The notes under the pieces: model-generated
Told to the model about the DNA's origin: nothing
Seen by the model: only the letters and a program-made list of their open reading frames with translations
Databases searched by the model: none
Program-made: the position numbers and the translations under genes
Source: Rhodospirillales bacterium
Lineage (GTDB): Bacteria; Pseudomonadota; Alphaproteobacteria; Acetobacterales; Acetobacteraceae
Direction: 5' to 3'
Assembly: GCA_031420655.1 (NCBI GenBank)
Contig: JANONC010000363.1
Location: 1 to 52,936, forward strand
DNA length: 52,936 bases
Shown: in pieces, positions 37,701-40,700 of the stretch
Position numbering within the stretch: position 1 is the first letter of the stretch
Layout of the letters: the number at the start of each line of letters is the position of its first letter

Positions 37701-40700
37701 TAGACGTGCTGGCGCTTGATACAGGCACTGGCATTTCACTTACCGCCCTTGGAACGCCGGTGCACGGCACGGCCAGCATCGTGGGCGGCAAGATCAGCTA
37801 CACCGCAAATGCCGACTACGCCGGGGTAGACCAGCTCAGCTACACCATCACCGACTCGCTCGGGCAGCCCGCTACCTCCATCGCCGCGGTCACGGTCGTG
37901 CCGCCCAGCGATGCCGTGCCGGTCAAACCTACCGTCTTCTCCCCGGCGCTGGTGGTGGCGCAGAACGGGCCTACGACCGCCATCGGCATCGCCTTGCCGG
38001 CTGACCCGGCTTATCCAGCCACGAGCCTGGTCGTCACCATCGGCACCCTGCCCAGCACGGGCGGCGTGAGCCTGCCGGACGGCACGGTCATCACCGCCGG
38101 GCAGGTGCTGACGGCACAGCAACTTGCGGCGTTGCAGTTCACCCCGGCCCCGGACACCGCGGGCGTCAGCTCCACCCTGACCTACACGGTGGCGGACCCG
38201 GCTGGGCGCACCGCCACCGGCACCGCCACGCTCGTGATCGGGCCTGCGCAGGGCCACCCCGTTGCTGGCACCGTGCAGGTCACAGTCGCCATCGCCCCGG
38301 TCCCGCTGGCGATCGCGCCGCCGTTAGACGGCGACTACGCCACCAGCACGCTGCTGATAACCCTGACCGGCTTGCCGACCAGCGGTACGGTGTCGCTGGC
38401 AGACGGAACCGCTGTTGACGTAAGCCAGGTGATGACCGCGGCGCAGCTGGCCGGCCTCGTGTTCAGCGCGACACCCGGCGCGTACGGCTCCAGCTCTGCC
38501 CTTACCTACACCGTGCGGGACCCGGCCGGCGCCCTGGCGGCCGGGGTGGTTGGTATAACGGTACTGGGTGCCACCACGGCACCACCAGTCCTGACGCTGG
38601 CAAGCGGTGCTAGCCAGGCCATTCTGGACGAGGCGACCGCAGTGTTGTCCGGTACCGCAACACCCGGCGCGCTCATTACGCTGTCCGGCGGCCTCGGCTC
38701 CGCCCAGGCAGGGGCAGATGGGTCGTTCATCATCGCCATCCCGCTATCCGATGTGCCGCTGACGGGCTCGCGGCTGTCGATCACCGCGACCGCCGCGTTG
38801 GCCGGGTTCACGCTGTCGCCACCCAGCGCCGCGGTATCGCTGCTCGTGCTCCCGCCACCCGGCGCGGATGGCGTCGTGCTAACGGATGTCAGTTCCATAG
38901 ATATCGCGGACGCACTCCATGCCGGCTACCGCCTGCAGTTCACGGCGGTAACCGAGGCGCTTAACCTCGTTGATGGCGTGCTGAGCGTCGGCGTCGATAC
39001 GCATGAAGCCTTCCTGCAGCGCTTGTATGAGGGCCTGCTGGGCCGGTCATATGAGACGGGCGGCATGGAGGCCTGGGTCGCGGCGCTAGCCTCTGGGCGC
39101 TCACTGGAAGACGTGGCCCAGGGCTTCCTCAACTCGGCCGAATACCAAACCCGTCCGCAGCCCCGGACCGAGCCGGAGTTCATAACCAGCCTGTACCAGG
39201 GCTTCCTCGGGCGGGATCCGGTTGCGCCGGAGCTGTCGTATTGGCTGGAGGTGGGCAACCGTGGCCTCAGCCATGCCCAGATCGTCGCCTCATTCGGTAC
39301 GCAGCCAGAGGCCAAGATCCACTTGGCCGCGACCACGGCCCGCGTTTTCGCCCGCAGCGAGACCGCCACCGCCGTGCACGACATTTACAAAACCGCGCTG
39401 GGGCGAGAGGCGGAGCTGGGTGGCTTGGCCACGTGGACCGGTGTCGCCGGGCAGGGTGGCCTGCAAGCGGTCGCGGCTCTCTTCCTGCTGGAGCCAGAAG
39501 CGGCCGGCCTGCATGCGCGGCAGAGTAACGCGGATTACGTTCGTTCCCTGTACCTCGCTGGCCTCGGACGGGCGGCTAGCGACGCGGAGGTCTCGTATGG
39601 TGCCGGGCAGCTCGATGCCGGACTGTCGCGGGGCGCATTCCTACAGGGTGTCGCTTTGTCGCCGGAAGCGAGGGCGCACCTAACCTCGGATGATTTCAAC
39701 TCGCTGGCGCCAATCTTTGCGCTGCCTGTGGCTGCGGTCGCAGCCACTACTGTGCCGTCCATCACGCAGCCTGCCGCACGCCCCGCGCTGTTGGCGACGG
39801 CCCCGGCTACCGCGCTGGTAAACACGCAGGCTGTCGTCTCCCTTTCGGGCGGCGGGCGTGTCATGGGATGGACGGTGCTGTGGGGTGACGGCAGCGCGGC
39901 CATGACGGTCGCGGGTGACGTGGCGGAGGCGCAGCACAGCTACACCGCACCCGGCACATACGCGGTGCAGGCGGTCGGACGCGCGGCAGACGGCGTGTTC
40001 GCGGCCAACCCGCTCGCCATCGCGGCCACTGGCACGACATTTGTCCCTGCAGGCGTCGTGGCGGAACAGACCGGCTTTAATGCCCGGTTTAACCAGGCGC
40101 TGACCATCAGCAGCCTCACCTTGCTGGCGGATGCGTCCGGTACCGCACCGTCCGTTCTTGTCACTGGGCCAGGCGGCGGCACGATCGACGGTTCCGTCGT
40201 GGCGGACGCGGATGGCGCGGGCTTCCACTTCGTGGCTGCGGCCGGCGCGCTAGCACCCGGTGCCTACAGCGTCGTGGTGCGCAGCGCGGTGCTGGACGCG
40301 CGGGGCGAGGCATTGGACGGTGCGGCCGTGGGCGCGGCAGGCAATGACGAGCGGTTCAGCGTCACTGTCCCGGCCGGGGATGCGGTGACGATGCCATCGT
40401 TCATGCGGGGACCGGGCCAGGCCGTCAGTGTACCGGTTGCGGACAGCGCGCTGCCGGTATCGTTCACCAGCGGGGGGGAGGCGACGCGCCTGGTGTTCAC
40501 CACCACCGCCGATCCGGCTTTACTGGCCATCACCGGGGCCACGGCGGGCGCGGGATTGCCGGCGGGCAGCACCGTCGCCTTCGACACACAGCTCGTCGGC
40601 GGCCAAGCCCGCGCCACGATCACCGTCACGTCACCCACCCCTATTCCCGCTGGGACGGTGCCGTTGGTTCTGCTGCAAGCGGCGGTGCCGGCCAGTGCGC

